Part shown: positions 38,872 through 58,529 of the stretch, one piece after another
Numbering within the stretch: position 1 is the stretch's first letter
How the letters are laid out: each line of letters opens with the position of its first letter
Assembly: GCF_009914755.1 (NCBI RefSeq)
Contig: NC_060929.1
DNA length: 64,000 bases
DNA from: the human T2T-CHM13v2.0 reference genome, Homo sapiens
Strand: one strand, 5' to 3'
Notes under the pieces: model-generated
Told to the model about the DNA's origin: nothing
What the model saw: the letters and a program-made list of their open reading frames with translations, nothing else
The model's database searches: none
Program-made: the position numbers and the translations under genes

Positions 38872-39882
38872 ATGGGGAAAAAACAGAGCAGAAAAGCTGA
38901 AAATTCTAAATATCAGAGCACCTCTCACCCTCCAAAGTAACACAGCTCCTCACCAGCAATGGAACAAAGCTGGACGGAGAATGACTTTGACGAGTTGAGA
39001 GAAGAAGGCTTCAGAAGATCAAACTACTCCGAGCTAAAAGAGGAAGTTCGAACCAATGGCAAAGAAGTTAAAAACCTTGAAAAAAAATTAGACGAATGGC
39101 TAACTAGAATAACCAAAGCAGAGAAGTCCTTAAAGGACCCGATGGAGCTGAAAACCACGGCACGAGAACGTGACGAAGGCACAAGCCTCAGTAGCCGATT
39201 CGATCAACTGGAAGAAAGGGTATCAGCGATAGAAGATGAAATGAATGAAATGAAGCGAGAAGAGAAGTTTAGAGAAAAAATAAAAAGAAACAAACAAAGC
39301 CTCCAAGAAATATGGGACTATGTAAAAAGACCAAATCTACGTCTGATTGTTGTACCTGAAAGTGACGGGGAGAATGGAACCAAGTTGGAAAACACTCTGC
39401 AGGATATTATCCAGGAGAACTTCCCCAATCTAGCAAGGCAGGCCAACATTCAGATTCAGGAAACACACAGAACGCCACAAAGATACTCCTCGAGAAGAGC
39501 AACTCCAAGACACGTAACTGTCAGATTCACCAAAGTTGAAATGAAGGAAAAAATATTAAGGGAAGCCAGAGAGAAAGGTCGGGTTACCCACAAAGGGAAG
39601 CCCATCAGACTAACAGCGGATCTCTCCGCAGAAACTCAACAAGCCAGAAGAGAGTGGGGCCGAATATTCAACATTCTAAAAGAAAAGAATATTCAACCCA
39701 GAATTTCATATCCAGCCAAACTAAGCTTCATAAGTGAAGGAGAAATAAAATACTTTACAGACAAGCAAATGCTGAGAGATTTTGTCACCACCAGGCCTGC
39801 CCTAAAAGAGCTCCTGAAGGAAGCACTAAACATGAAAAGGAACAACGGGTACCAGCCACTGCAAAAACATGCCAAATTGTAA
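38872..39882 (+). pseudogene. L1 ORF1p, disrupted by an early TAA at 38938-38940 (remainder open from 38959)
   Basis: ATG GGG AAA AAA CAG start, in-frame stop at codon 23, then 307 aa of typical ORF1p. Confidence 0.9.
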
Positions 39883-39945
39883 AGACCATCAGGGCTAGGA
39901 AGAAACTGCATCAACTAATGAGCAAAATAACCAGCTAACATCATA

Positions 39946-43769
<3,824 letters not shown>

Positions 43770-45319
43770 ACAATGAGAACACATGGACACAGGAAGGGGA
43801 ACATCACACACCGGGGCCTGTTGAGGGGTGGGGGGAGGGGGGAGGGATAGCATTAGGAGATATACCTAATGTTAAATGACGAGTTAATGGTGCAGCACAC
43901 CAAGATGGCACATGTGTACATATGTAACAAACCTGCACGCTGTGCACATGTACCCTAAAACTTAAAGTATAACAATCATAAAATTAAAAAAGTTGTATAA
44001 TTTTAATAATTAGAAGCTATAATTACTATTTTAATTCATTTACTTAGAATATGTTTTATAATATAAACAACTTAAAATATTTTAAAATTAAATTTTAAAC
44101 AATGGTCCTTCCAAGGTTCTTTTTCAAAAAAGTTGTTAACACTATCAATAGACTGGAAAACAGGTTGTCCCCTAGATTGTATTCCATAATTTTATTACTT
44201 ATATAATTTTTAAAAATAAATCTATACTATAAAAGACAGTTATGATCTGACCTAGGAATAGCTCTGTATATCTACGCAGTATTTCAATTTCTATGTTTTA
44301 TTCAGTTATAAATTTCAATGCTCCTCATCTGCCATATACTGCGATAACTGCTAGGAGAGGAACATTAATAAATATATGATCTCATTCCTGGAGATCAAAA
44401 TTAAATGGGAAAAAAGAGGGACATAAATGTCTAACAGTAATATAATAGACAGGTAGGTAGTAAATATCATGCAAATAAAATAAAAGGAGAGTGATTGATA
44501 GAGATTTCACTAGAGTATAAGACAAGTTGAGAATAGGAAACCTGTCTGTCTGTTTACAGATGCATCCTGGCCTCTGGCACAATGCCAGGCACATGGTGGG
44601 TTGTCAATAAACAGTGGTTAAAAGAAATACTGAGCAAGACAGTAAGTGACACAAATGTTATTTGGAGATGCTTAACACGAGTTTATTCTTGACAATAAGC
44701 AATACATCTTGTAGGCATATAAAATGTGAAGAGCAATATGTACATTAACATGGAAATGTGAAAAAACAAGGTACTTTTCTCAATGAACTCAAGGAATAGC
44801 AAGAAATTCTATATCTTCAGAAAACAGGATGATGAGAATAAATGAAAATGGAGCTAGATTCCAACAGCTTTCTAAGATAAGTTAACTTAACTTAGAAAGA
44901 TAAAAGTTAACATATCTTATATCTTTGGGCAATGGATAATTATTAAGGAAGGCATTTGTGCAAGTGAATGGCATGATCAGTTTTTTGTGCTTTAGGAATA
45001 CAACTCTGGAGAGTGAACTGCAGAAGAGGAGAAAGGCAAGTTTAAGTAGAAGTTAAAAAAATTTTCTGAGCAGAAAACTTAATAACGGCTTAGAGATGGA
45101 AAAAAGATAGAGGGCAGAATCAAGGATGAAGTCTAGATTTCCGGATTGGGTAAATTGATGTATGATTCTATTCACTAACAGGGAATCCTAGAGCAAGTAC
45201 AGATTTGGGGGAAATTTTCTACCAGCTGTAGTAAGCTTATGCACCAAAAGTAAATAACAACTAACCTTACAATGTTATAAGTTAATTGGCTATTTGTTCC
45301 TACATCAAAAACACTTATA

Positions 45320-45470
45320 TTAGTCAGGCATGGCTACTCCAGAGGCTGATAGTAGGCGGATCCCTACAGCCTGGGAGTTCAAGGATGCAGTGAGCTATGA
45401 TCATGCCACTGGACTCCAGTTTGGGTGACAGAGCAAGACCCTGTTTCAAAAAAAAAAAAAAAAAAAAAAA
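45320..45470 (+). mobile_element. AluJ right arm / FRAM fragment
   Basis: 'gcagtgagctatgatcatgccactggactccag' followed by poly(A). Confidence 0.8.
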
Positions 45471-45809
45471 TTTAATATGTTTAATTAAAAATGATTTGAA
45501 ACCACATTTACAGGCTATCAGTTTTCAAGCCTGTGTTCTTAAAAAATAAGTAGATTACCATAGAAATACCAATTCCAGGGTCAAGTGTGCCTAGAAAGTT
45601 GCCCACAGTAATCTGCATTTATAGGAAGTACCCCAGTGATTCTTATGCACACTGAAATATGAAACATGCTATAAAGGCTGCCAGAATGTCATACAACTAG
45701 ATTCTGGTATCTCTTTGGGTTATTTAATCTGAAATCTAAGACTAGAACCTACTCTATGAAATATTCTTATCATCTTCAAATGTTACAATATAAAACAACA
45801 ACACTGACA

Positions 45810-46050
45810 CAAAAATAATAATTACTAATACTATACACACAGAGAACCTATACTATTTGTGCTAATATTTTTGCATGAATAATCTCTTTTAATCTCCACA
45901 CCAACCGTATAAGGTAGGTACTACTATTATTGTCCTCATGTTAATAAATGAGGCTTAGAGACATAGTTCACTTGCCTAAAAGTCACACTAATACCAGATA
46001 TGGCAATGAGATCTGAATTTAAGCTGTATGACTCCAAAGTCTACCTTTTA
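45810..46050 (-). mobile_element. MIR
   Basis: 'tttaatctccacaccaacc..aaggtaggtactactatt...tgaggcttagag'. Confidence 0.7.
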
Positions 46051-46360
46051 TTCCTCAATATATAATACAATACAGACTACCTAGTTGTACTGCCTTGCAT
46101 AGGACAATGTACCTTCAGTGTTCATACCGGTTTATAATTACACACTTAATTGTATAATTATTTGATGTTTATCTCCCTATACCACAATTCTGCTTTATTT
46201 CACCAATGTGATGTCATCCAAATACCTAAAACAATGGTTGGCAAACAGTAACCACACTCAAAAAGTATTTGTTGAATAAATGAACTTACTATTCAGTAAT
46301 AAATACACAGAAACTTTAAAATATACCAAATTCTGTTTCTTGATCTGGGTTCTGGTTTCA

Positions 46361-47660
46361 TCTCACCTAAATTAGGCTATTATCAAAAAGACAAAAAAAT
46401 GCAGGGAGCCATGAACACACCACTGTACTCTAGCCTGGGTGACAGAGCAAGACCCTGTCTCTAAAGAAAAAGACAAAAAGTAACAAATGTGGAAAAAGGG
46501 GAATTCATATACTGTTGGTGAGAATGTATATTAGTAAGTACAGCCATTATAGAAAATAGTATAGAGGTGCCTCAAAAAACTAAAAATAGAATTGCCAAAT
46601 GGATGATCCAGCAATTCCACTACTAGGTATATAAATATAGCCAAAGGAAACGAAATCAGCATATCAAAGAGAATGAGTAAACCAAAGAGATACCATATTT
46701 TTTGCACCACTATTCATAATAGCCAAGATATAGAAGCAACCTAATTGTCCTTCAATAGATAAATGAATTTTTTAAGTGTGGTATATATGCACAATGGAAT
46801 ATTACTCAGCCATTAAAAAAATAAAATCTTATCATTTGCAACAACATGGATGAACCAGGAGGACATGATCTTAAGTGAAATAAACCAGGCACAGAAAGAC
46901 AAACACCACACAACCTCTCATATGTGGAATCTAAAGAAGCTGATCTCAGAAGTACAGAGTAGAAGAGTGGAGGGTAGAGGAGAAATAGAGAAAGACTGGT
47001 CAATGGGTACAAAGTTACAGTTAGGAGGAATAAGTTCTGGTGTTCTCTTGTGCAGTAGGGTGACTATGATTAACAGTACTGTATTGTATATTTCAAAATA
47101 ACTAGGAGAAAGGATTTTGAACATTCTCACCACAAAGAAATGATAAACATATGAGGTGATTGCTATGGTCTGAATGTCCCCTCCAAAGCTCTTGTTGAAA
47201 TTTCATCCCCAGTGTGGCTGTATTGAGAGGTGGGGTCTTGAAGAGGTGACTGGATCATGAAGGCTCTGTCCTCATGAATGAGTTATCACAGGAGAGGAAC
47301 TGGTGGCTTTATAAGAAGAGAAGCGACCTGAGCTAGCACATTAGCACGCTCAGCCCCCTTGCCATGTGATAACCTGTGCCACCCTGGGACTCTTCAATGA
47401 CAGCAAGAAGGTGTCGTCAGACAGCCCCTCAATCTTGGACTTCTTAGCCTTCATAACGGTAAGAACTGAATTCCTTTTCTTATAAATTACCCAATTTCAG
47501 GTATTCTTTTATAAGCGACAGAAAACTGATTAATCCATTAATGGATTTACTAAATACCCTGATTTGACTTTTACACAATGTATACACATATCAAAATGAC
47601 ACTGTACCCTATAAATATGTAATTATTATGTGTCAATTAAAACCAAAATATTTAAAAATG
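46361..47660 (+). mobile_element. 5'-truncated L1MA-type element containing a ~65-bp AluJ 3' fragment (46400-46465) and an MST LTR
   Basis: 'tcatttgcaacaacatggatgaacc.ggaggacat' and 'gggtacaaagttacagttaggaggaataagttctgg'. Confidence 0.85.
47161..47537 (+). mobile_element. MSTB-type MaLR solo LTR
   Basis: tgctatggtctgaatgtcccctccaaa...ataaattacccaatttcaggtattc. Confidence 0.85.
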
Positions 47661-49532
47661 TTTAAAATATACCAAGCTCTGTTTTGATCTGGGTGCTGGT
47701 TTCACAGGTGTCAATCTGTCAAAGATTCATTGAGCAAAACATGTATAATAAATTCATGTCTCTCTATTCAATAAATAGTTAAAAAGCAAGAACGAAAAAA
47801 AATTTTGTTATTTTGCCAGATATTAAAGACTATGTTTATTGTCCTTTTATAGTAAACAAGACTATGCTTCTTAAATTGACTTTTAACAATCTGGCATTTA
47901 TAACAGAAGAAGTCTCTAGGTCATACCTGTGAATTCTAAAATATAAGAATGGACAAGGGACTTACTATCTTATGAGTAGTTATAATAATGATAGTTATAA
48001 TATGGACATACACAAAAGAGGGAATAAAAAAAAACTATGCTGCTTCAAAATGTATCTACTTCCCAAACTCTGAGCAACAAGATATGAAATAATATAATTT
48101 TCCAAAAACCCTAACCAAACTTATTTCTATTGCTTTGAAAAGGAATCTCACTTTCTAAGGTAAGAACAAACCTAATTAAATATAATTAACAATGCAATAG
48201 CATTCACCCAAATTTGTCAAATACAAAACTTTTAACATGGCAATGCATAGGAAAACAAAAAGAAAAAGGCAAACAAAAATTTAAGCCTGCTGTCTACCTT
48301 CAGAAAACCACATTCTGATCCTTTTCTATTCCACCCTCTCAAGCACTATATTCACGCAGTGCTAAAAATCATGTTGCCAGGTTGCACTTGCTAGATAAAG
48401 AACTAAAGCCTAACCATTCCCCTTACCTAATCTTTTAATCATTTCATCCTTGTCTATTTTTACATGGTAGATAATTAGTGAATTTATAAAGATTTTCTGG
48501 CACAGATGTTTGAAGGAGAAAATGGATAAGACCTGCTCAATGGAAAAAAGGCATCAAGTGCTTTCTTAGACTTCATCTCTTTCCCTTTTCCACAGTAAAA
48601 TTAGAATTGAGTACTTGGGCTCATAACACCTGTTAAAAGATAATTTGTGGTAGACAACTGAACCAAATTCACAAAGCACTTTTACTTTGTACACAAACAC
48701 AAAGTATATATGAGTATATACAAAGAATTCAAAAGGTCTTCACCAGCCTACAGAAATGACTATCATTCAAAGAAATGTTTTTCATAACATTTTAATGTTA
48801 TTTTCCTGCAGAAAAGCAGGAAAACTCTGAGCAACAAGATATGAAATAATTTCATTATAGACTGAAAAATACAGTCTGCAACTTGAACAACCCTTTCTAA
48901 GACAGTAAAAATAACTAAAAGCAATTATTAAACATTACAATTACTGCATGTTCTGCTACAATTTCTATGTCTTAGTCTGTTATATTTTACAAAGATACTT
49001 GTAAAATCATTAGGCTTCCACAGTTCTCTAATTAGGAATCCTTTATTATAAGAGAAAAAAATCAGTTTGTCTTTGAAACAATTCACTATGTAAATGAACC
49101 CTGTGAAAGAATGGAACAGCTGTGCCTAAAGGCTGAGACATTAATTTTTATATATAGATATCCAGTCTATTAGAATTATTTAGAAGTCAGTTGTATATTT
49201 TCATGTACAGCTACTTTCATGCTTCTGCTTTTCTCTATGAAACATGTCTATAGTTCAGATCATTTGTCAGACAGGTGGCTTCTATGAAGGTAGTAGTTAA
49301 AAGGGCTTACCTTCTTAGAAACTAATAAGGGAGAGCAAAGGTATAAATATACCTTGGCTGTAGGACACTAGATTTGAGTATGGATTAGCAACCTGAAAAA
49401 TATGTTGTTACCGTATTATTTTCTAATCTTTCCATTTGTATTGATTCCACATCTTATCTTATTCCAGTATTTTTATCATTAGTTATTCACTATTCTTCAT
49501 GGATCTTCAGTCTCTTTCACTAGCTCTGTCTT

Positions 49533-49569
<37 letters not shown>

Positions 49570-49574
49570 ATGCT

Positions 49575-49903
49575 GGCCAGGTGCAGAGGCTCATGCACGT
49601 AATCCCAAAACTCTGGGAGGCCAAGTTGGGAGGATTTCTTGAGGCCAGGAGTTCAACACCAGCAATAAGAGCACTGTAAGACTCCTGTCTCTACAAAAAT
49701 TAGGGGAAAAAAAAAACAAAAACAGCTGGGCATAGTGGCATACGCCTGTCGTCCCAGCTACTCAGGAGGCTGAGATGGGAAGATCACTTGAGCCCAGGTG
49801 ATTGAAGCTACAGTGAACTATGATGGTGCCACTGCACTCCAGTCTGGGTAACAGAACAAGACCCTGTCTCTAAAAACAAAATTAAAAAAAAAAAAAAGAA
49901 GAA
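49575..49903 (+). mobile_element. AluJ with (TAAA)n microsatellite immediately 5' (49537-49571)
   Basis: J-type Alu; TSD aataaatgct. Confidence 0.9.
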
Positions 49904-50685
49904 GAATAAATGCTTTGCCCATTGTTTTCTATCTTTGAAATATTACTTTTTTTTTTTTTTTGCCAAATCTGAGATGCAACTGAATTTATTCTTACCTCAT
50001 CATCTCCTAAACTTCATCAACCTGGTGTTTAAGGCCATCATTCAAATTAAGCTGTCCTCCTCAAGCTTACCATTTGCCTAATTCAAAGTTTTTCTCTCAG
50101 CTTTTCAAAACTTTTTGACTTTTCCATCACACTACTGACCCATGCTAACCAAATCCACCATATTTCCCGTGGTTTCTGCAACTACACTGTCTCAATCCTT
50201 TTCATAACTATCCTTCACTGTTCCTTATGACTTGGTTTAAAGATTTGTATTCCCTCCTCCTGTTCCATATCCTTTAACATTACCTAAAGCTTTGAGTTAA
50301 ATGAAGGTTGCCAGGGAAAAAAAATGTTTTAAATGTAAACAACAACAAAGACAACAAAAATTACCTGAAGTACTATATCCTTTTCCTCAGGTTTCTCTTT
50401 TCCCTGTCTCTATCAACTCTAACAAATTCAATTTTACCCTTTAAGTCAATGCCTCAAAAGTTCGATTCTAAAATTTATCTATGATTAAAAGCAACACACC
50501 TCAGTCTGTATGTTTTGTGGTGTGTCCACCTCAAATTTAGCATGTCCTGTAATCAAATTAATTCATCTTAAAAAAAAACTTAAAAAAATTTCCATCTTCA
50601 AATAATATTACTATTAGAAATTCTGGACTCCCTGGAATCTACTCACATCCAAGTAGTCATCAAGTATCACTGAGACACTTTAGAA

Positions 50686-51023
50686 CAGTAGTCCCCAACC
50701 TTTTTGGCCCAGGGACTGGTTCTGTGGAAGACAGTTTTTCAATGGACAGGGTCAAGTGGGGGGGATGGTTTCAGATGAAATTGTTCCACCTCAGATCATC
50801 AGGCATTAGATTCTCATAAGGAGGGCACGACCTAGATCCCTCGCATGTGCAGTTCACAATAGGGTTCATGTTCCTATGAGAATCTAATGCAGCCACTGAT
50901 CTGACAGAAGGCAGAGCAGGTGGTAATGTATGCTTGCCCGCTGCTCACCTCCTGCTGTGTGGCCCCGTTCCTAACAGGCCACGGACTGGTACCGGTGCAC
51001 AGCCAGGGGTTTGGGGACCCCTG
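50686..51023 (+). mobile_element. MER1B hAT MITE
   Basis: TIRs cagtagtccccaacc / gtttggggacccctg; TSD ctttagaa / ctttagtt. Confidence 0.88.
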
Positions 51024-51753
51024 CTTTAGTTCATGTATTTTACTAACCTCTTACGTAGACTACATTATAATGGTATCCTGTTTTTATACAAAATTAGTGT
51101 TTTGTACAACATTACCTATTCAAAAACTATTATTTCTTTTAGGAAAAACATATGACTAGACACACTGAGACAAATTAAGAAATCAAATTCCAGTCAGGCT
51201 TTGCTGTATGAAATGAGTTTAGGTCACGTCAGTTTTAACAGGTCAGCTTATTTATGGAAAAAGCTTTCATTCTCAGAGATTTTAGGTTTTCAAAGTTGTG
51301 GAGAAGAGACTATGGACCTGTACAATTAATACTACCAAAGTGAAAATGTTGCACTCTTTTCTACAACTAAGTTATTGAAACTGTTACTTTTTCCACTCTT
51401 CCAAGACACAAAATATGTAGTGAAGTATAAATTTAGATCTTAAGTTGGAAAAAGTAACAAAAAGTAAACCATATTGCCCCAGAAATAGTTTGTCAACACA
51501 AAGAATTTAACCACAACGAAGAATTTTCCCACTAATTCAGAATAAAAGACTGGTCATTTAGGATAAAAACATTAATGAAAAGAAGGGCTTCTGGCCCTAA
51601 GAACAACTACCTGGCTACCAAAGTGTAGCTGTGGACAATCAACATGGGTACCACCTGTGAGCATGTCATAAGTGCAAAATCTTGAGCCCTTCCAGGCCTA
51701 CTGAACCAGACTCTTCATTATGACAAAATCCCCAGGTGGTCCAACTGTATATT

Positions 51754-52256
51754 TGTGCAGAAAAAAAGTTAACCTAGCAGGCCTAACTGCTTATCTTTAA
51801 AAAGGCCTGCTTGCAAGGTTGACCCTCAGCTGGCATACAGGAACTTAAATTTTGGGAGATTCTGTAAACTGGTAAGGTGGCTCACTGGACCTAAACTGTT
51901 TATACTAACAATATGTTTTACATGAAATACTTGCTTTTGTTCTGTAAGTATGGAATTTTGTTATCTGCCAGGTAGAGGCTACCTACTTGGCAATTCCTCA
52001 AATAAAAACCCTGGGCACTGAGTCTCTAATGAGATTCCCTGGTTGACAGCATTTCATGGGTTGTCACAATTCATAACTGGAGGGAACTAGCATGTCCTGT
52101 GTGACTCTGCTGGGAAGATTCTAGATGCTTGTGCTGGTTTCCCCCAGACTTTGCCCCATGTATCTTTTCCCTTTGCTAATTTTGTGTCATATCTTTTTGC
52201 CATAATGAGTTCTAGTGAATCACTGAATCTAAGGATGGTATCTGGGACCTGCAACA
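51754..52256 (+). mobile_element. MER68-type ERVL solo LTR nested in a MER5 MITE (~51620-52290)
   Basis: tgtgcagaaaaaaagttaacctagcaggcc...aataaaaaccctgggcactgagtctctaatgag...aaca. Confidence 0.75.
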
Positions 52257-52499
52257 AAGCATTAAATTTCAGAAGCTCTGCTTTAGAGAACCCACATGAA
52301 ATCCTATTCCTAAAGCTTAAGAGCAGGCCATGAGGACTGTAGGCTAACCCTTGAGTCAATGCAAGACAAGGAATTTGTTACGCATAAAGTTAGACCTTAG
52401 AAAAGTCTACATCCTAAGAAAAAAGGTGAATTAAAAAACATCCAACAGAGGTAAACAGCAAAGAAAAGCAGCTCTGGGTAACACTGTAAACAAAACAAA

Positions 52500-54430
<1,931 letters not shown>

Positions 54431-54539
54431 AAGTCTGATAATCCCAAGTGTTGACAAAAGTATGAATCAATAGCAATTCCTATATATTATCACTGTGAGA
54501 ATAAAGACATATAGATGGATAATCTTTCTCTCTCCCCAT

Positions 54540-54540
54540 A

Positions 54541-54571
<31 letters not shown>

Positions 54572-54592
54572 GCACCTACACACACACACACG
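54540..54592. repeat. (CA)n microsatellite
   Basis: Read directly from the sequence. Confidence 0.9.
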
Positions 54593-54973
54593 CGGCATAT
54601 AACCAGTAATTCCACGCTAAATTATATAATGCAGAGAAACTTACATATAAGCAGCAGGATTCATATACAAGACTATACATAAAATCACTGTATATAATAC
54701 CAAGAAACTACAAATAACACAAATGTCCATGATCAAAAGAATGGATAAATAACTGTTATTTGTTTATTAACACTTGTTCTTAGAGTTTTCATCTAAGCAT
54801 TTGCCAGACACTACGCTGGGGTCTATAAACAAATAATTTTCTCAATACTCATAATGACACTGTAAGATATACAAAATTTTATCCCTTTTCACAAATAAAA
54901 AAAGTTAGACTCAGAAAACTTAACAGCACATCTGGTATTTGCTTGCAAATTATGGAGCAAGAACGTGAATTTC

Positions 54974-55268
54974 GGCTGGGCACGGTGGCTCACGCCTATA
55001 ATCCCAGCACTTTGGGAGGCGAGGCACGTGGAACACCTGAGGTCAGGAGTTGGAGACCAGGCTGGCCAACATGGCGAAACCCCATCTTTACTAAAAATAA
55101 AAATAAAAAAATTAGCTGGGCATAGTGGTGGGCGCCTGTAATCCCAGCTACTTGGAGGCTGAGGCAGGAGAATCGCTTGAACCCAGGAGGCGGAGGCTGC
55201 AGTGAGCCAAGATCACGCCATTGCACTCCAGCCTGGGCAACGGAGCCAGACTCTGTCTCAAAAAAAAA
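54974..55268 (+). mobile_element. AluSx-like inserted in a MIR
   Basis: Full Alu; TSD aagaacgtgaattt / aagaatgtgatttt. Confidence 0.92.
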
Positions 55269-55389
55269 AGAATGTGATTTTTGATTTTCCCTTCTACAAA
55301 CTCACTTTTCATTTCACAGTAATAATTAGGAATGTATATTTTCAAAAAAGGAGTGATATGCTAATTTTCTAAAATAGCTTAAAATTAAT

Positions 55390-56022
55390 ACATAGTCACC
55401 TACTTATGATGGTTCAACTTAAAATTTTCTTACTTTAAGATATTGCAAGAGCAACATGCATTCAATAGAAACCATACTTTGAATTCTGAATTTTGATCTT
55501 TTCCTGAGCAGCAGTATGTGGTAGGATACTCCTTCATAACGCTGGGCAGAAGTAGTGAGTCAAAATCTCAGTCAGCCACATGATTGCAAGGGTAAATAGG
55601 CCAGGCGTGGTGGCTCACACCTGTAATCCCAGCACTTTGGGATGCTGATGTGGGTGGACTGCTTGAGAACAAGAATTCAAGATCAGCCTGGCTAACAGCA
55701 AGACATCCATCTCTACAAAAAAAAATTTTTAAATTAGCCAGGCGTGGTGGTATGCGTGTATAGTCCTAGCTACTTAGAAGGCTGAGACAGGAGGATCCCT
55801 TGAGCCCAGGAGTTTGAGGTTACAGTGAACTATGATCCTGCCACTGCAATCCAGCCTGGGCAACAGAATGAACCAACACTCTACAGTGTACCCAGTCATT
55901 AGCATTTTTTGGACATTGTTTTTGCAACCTATCGTGTCTACAAATACTTATTTTTCACTTACAATGAGTTTAGGGAGTTTGAAAGGATGTAATCCCATCA
56001 TAATCCTAGGGTTATCTGCATA
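55390..56022. mobile_element. MER47B/Tigger5-type element split by an AluJ (55599-55871)
   Basis: 'acttatgatggttcaacttaaaattt...cagtcagccacatgattgcaagggtaaa' [Alu] 'accaacactctacagtgtac...aatcccatcataa'. Confidence 0.75.
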
Positions 56023-57117
56023 AAAAAAGAACTTTTTACAGTATCACAAAGGTAAACTGTAGTTGATCCAGACCTGTACAAATTACCAATAAGATCTAAA
56101 ATAAGGTTTCCCATAATTTGCAGTTTATATTTTATGTATGTAAACATAAAATAAAACCAGTGGGGATCCTGGGGAAGATTACTGACTAGTTTAACTCAAG
56201 TAGTCCTCTTAATACTGTCAGTCTCCTCAAAGTACATTGACAATGGAATCTACCTTTCTCGTACCTAGAGAGCCTCCTTCTTTTGTTAAAAGTCTTCTGA
56301 AATTAAGTGATCTCTTATCAGTTTCTTCTAGCTCTAAACTCTGCTTACTTGGCTTCTATTTTACGATTCCACACCAATGATCTTCACCTACACTATTGCT
56401 GAACCCAAACAGCCATTCTCTAGTGCAAAGTTTGGCTTACTAAGAATGCCCTGCTCAGACCAAGGGATAAATATCAAATAAATAACAGTATCAGTTAAGA
56501 ATCACATCCATGCTACTTTTAGCAATGAAATTTGTAAGAGTATCCAATTGATTAGATTACATCCAAACACTTTCATGAACTAACATTTTAAATAAGACAA
56601 ATCACTAGCTAAATTTTTTCATAGTTTTTCTCCAATTTATTTTAGGCTATTTCAATGCCCCTGATGCACCTAACCAATAAAACTTTCTCTGGAAAATGCT
56701 AACAGTAAAAAATAATACAATTTAATAAGTAGCTAAATCCTCCTCTATTTGCTAAAGGTGCAAAATATCCCTCAGTCAACAAACCAAAACACAGACATTA
56801 TTCAATTATACTTGTCATGGCAAATCAGGTTTCAACTCTAGTGTCGGCCCTAGTGCTTCCAGGAATACTACTCTGAGGATTATGAACCCTCAGTGTCACT
56901 CAGAGGAAAAGAGTCTAGTGATTGCTGAGCAATTTCTACCACAACGGCTCATGTATCTGCCAACCCCAAACCATGATTTTACTTTACCAAAGGCACACGT
57001 GCTCATGCTATAGCCTCTTTAAAAAATATTTAGGATCTAGCACAGTGCCTAGCACAAAAATAAATATTTATTAAATAAATGTTTATTAAATCCGCAGAAT
57101 TAGAAAGCAAGAATAAG

Positions 57118-57600
<483 letters not shown>

Positions 57601-58529
57601 AAGAATAGGTTAAAAAAAGGTTTTAATTTTAACAACGGGCTGAAAATCTAGATGCTAAAGAACAGATTGCCGGGATCACATTCACTTAAAAAAAAAATAC
57701 AAAGAACATATGAATAAAAGCTGTGAAATGAAAGACAAGAATTTCCCCCAAATCTGCCTATAAGCCATCCTGATTCAGCACCAAGAAAAAAAGATTGTTT
57801 CCAAAGCACTCACAGCCCACATGTCTTAGTGCTGGATAGGTGGGACGACAGTGGCAGTTAAAGTTGAATAAGGGGAAAGATTGACATAAATGAGAGGAAG
57901 GGGAGCGCTCATATCCAGAATAAAAATTTATTTAATATTAAAGAGAATAAAGTTAACACTAACTTCACTCATTCTGCTATTTTCAGTACTTCTTCATATT
58001 CCCAAGGATAGATTCAACATCTAAATGAAAGCATCTAGCTGCAGCAGCAGCATAAAGTTGATCAAACGAATAGAATAATTTTTGACAAAGATTATATAAG
58101 GCTAAGAAGTCCCTTCTGGGCCTCTTGATTTGTCAGTCTACCTTAACCATCCATTCAGTCTACATTTTTTGAGTAACATGCAACTAACTGGAGGTTCTTG
58201 AAGAGCAAGGTCTGATTTATCTTGTAACCTCAACCTTCAGAAAAACTGGCAGAATACTCTATGTTATATACTCATTAAATACAGCATTTCCACCCACAGT
58301 GAAAAGAGCTGTTGTTAAAATTAGTAATCAGGCATTACTTGATAACTCAAAAATATTAAAGTAATTAGGGTTATACACACATCACTTACAAGGAAATCTA
58401 TTAATACAACTATCATTTCTACAATGTTTGGTTTTGCTATCTCGTCTTGAAAAACAATACACTACTTCAGTTTCAAGTGATTCAAATGGAATAATCTTGC
58501 CCGTCTTGTAACATGAATGAAAGAATTCA

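Noticed and set aside
47532-47547. 16-bp palindrome aatccattaatggatt at the MST LTR 3' junction
   Set aside because: Can be explained as a diverged LTR end plus TSD plus L1 flank; too short to support a claim.
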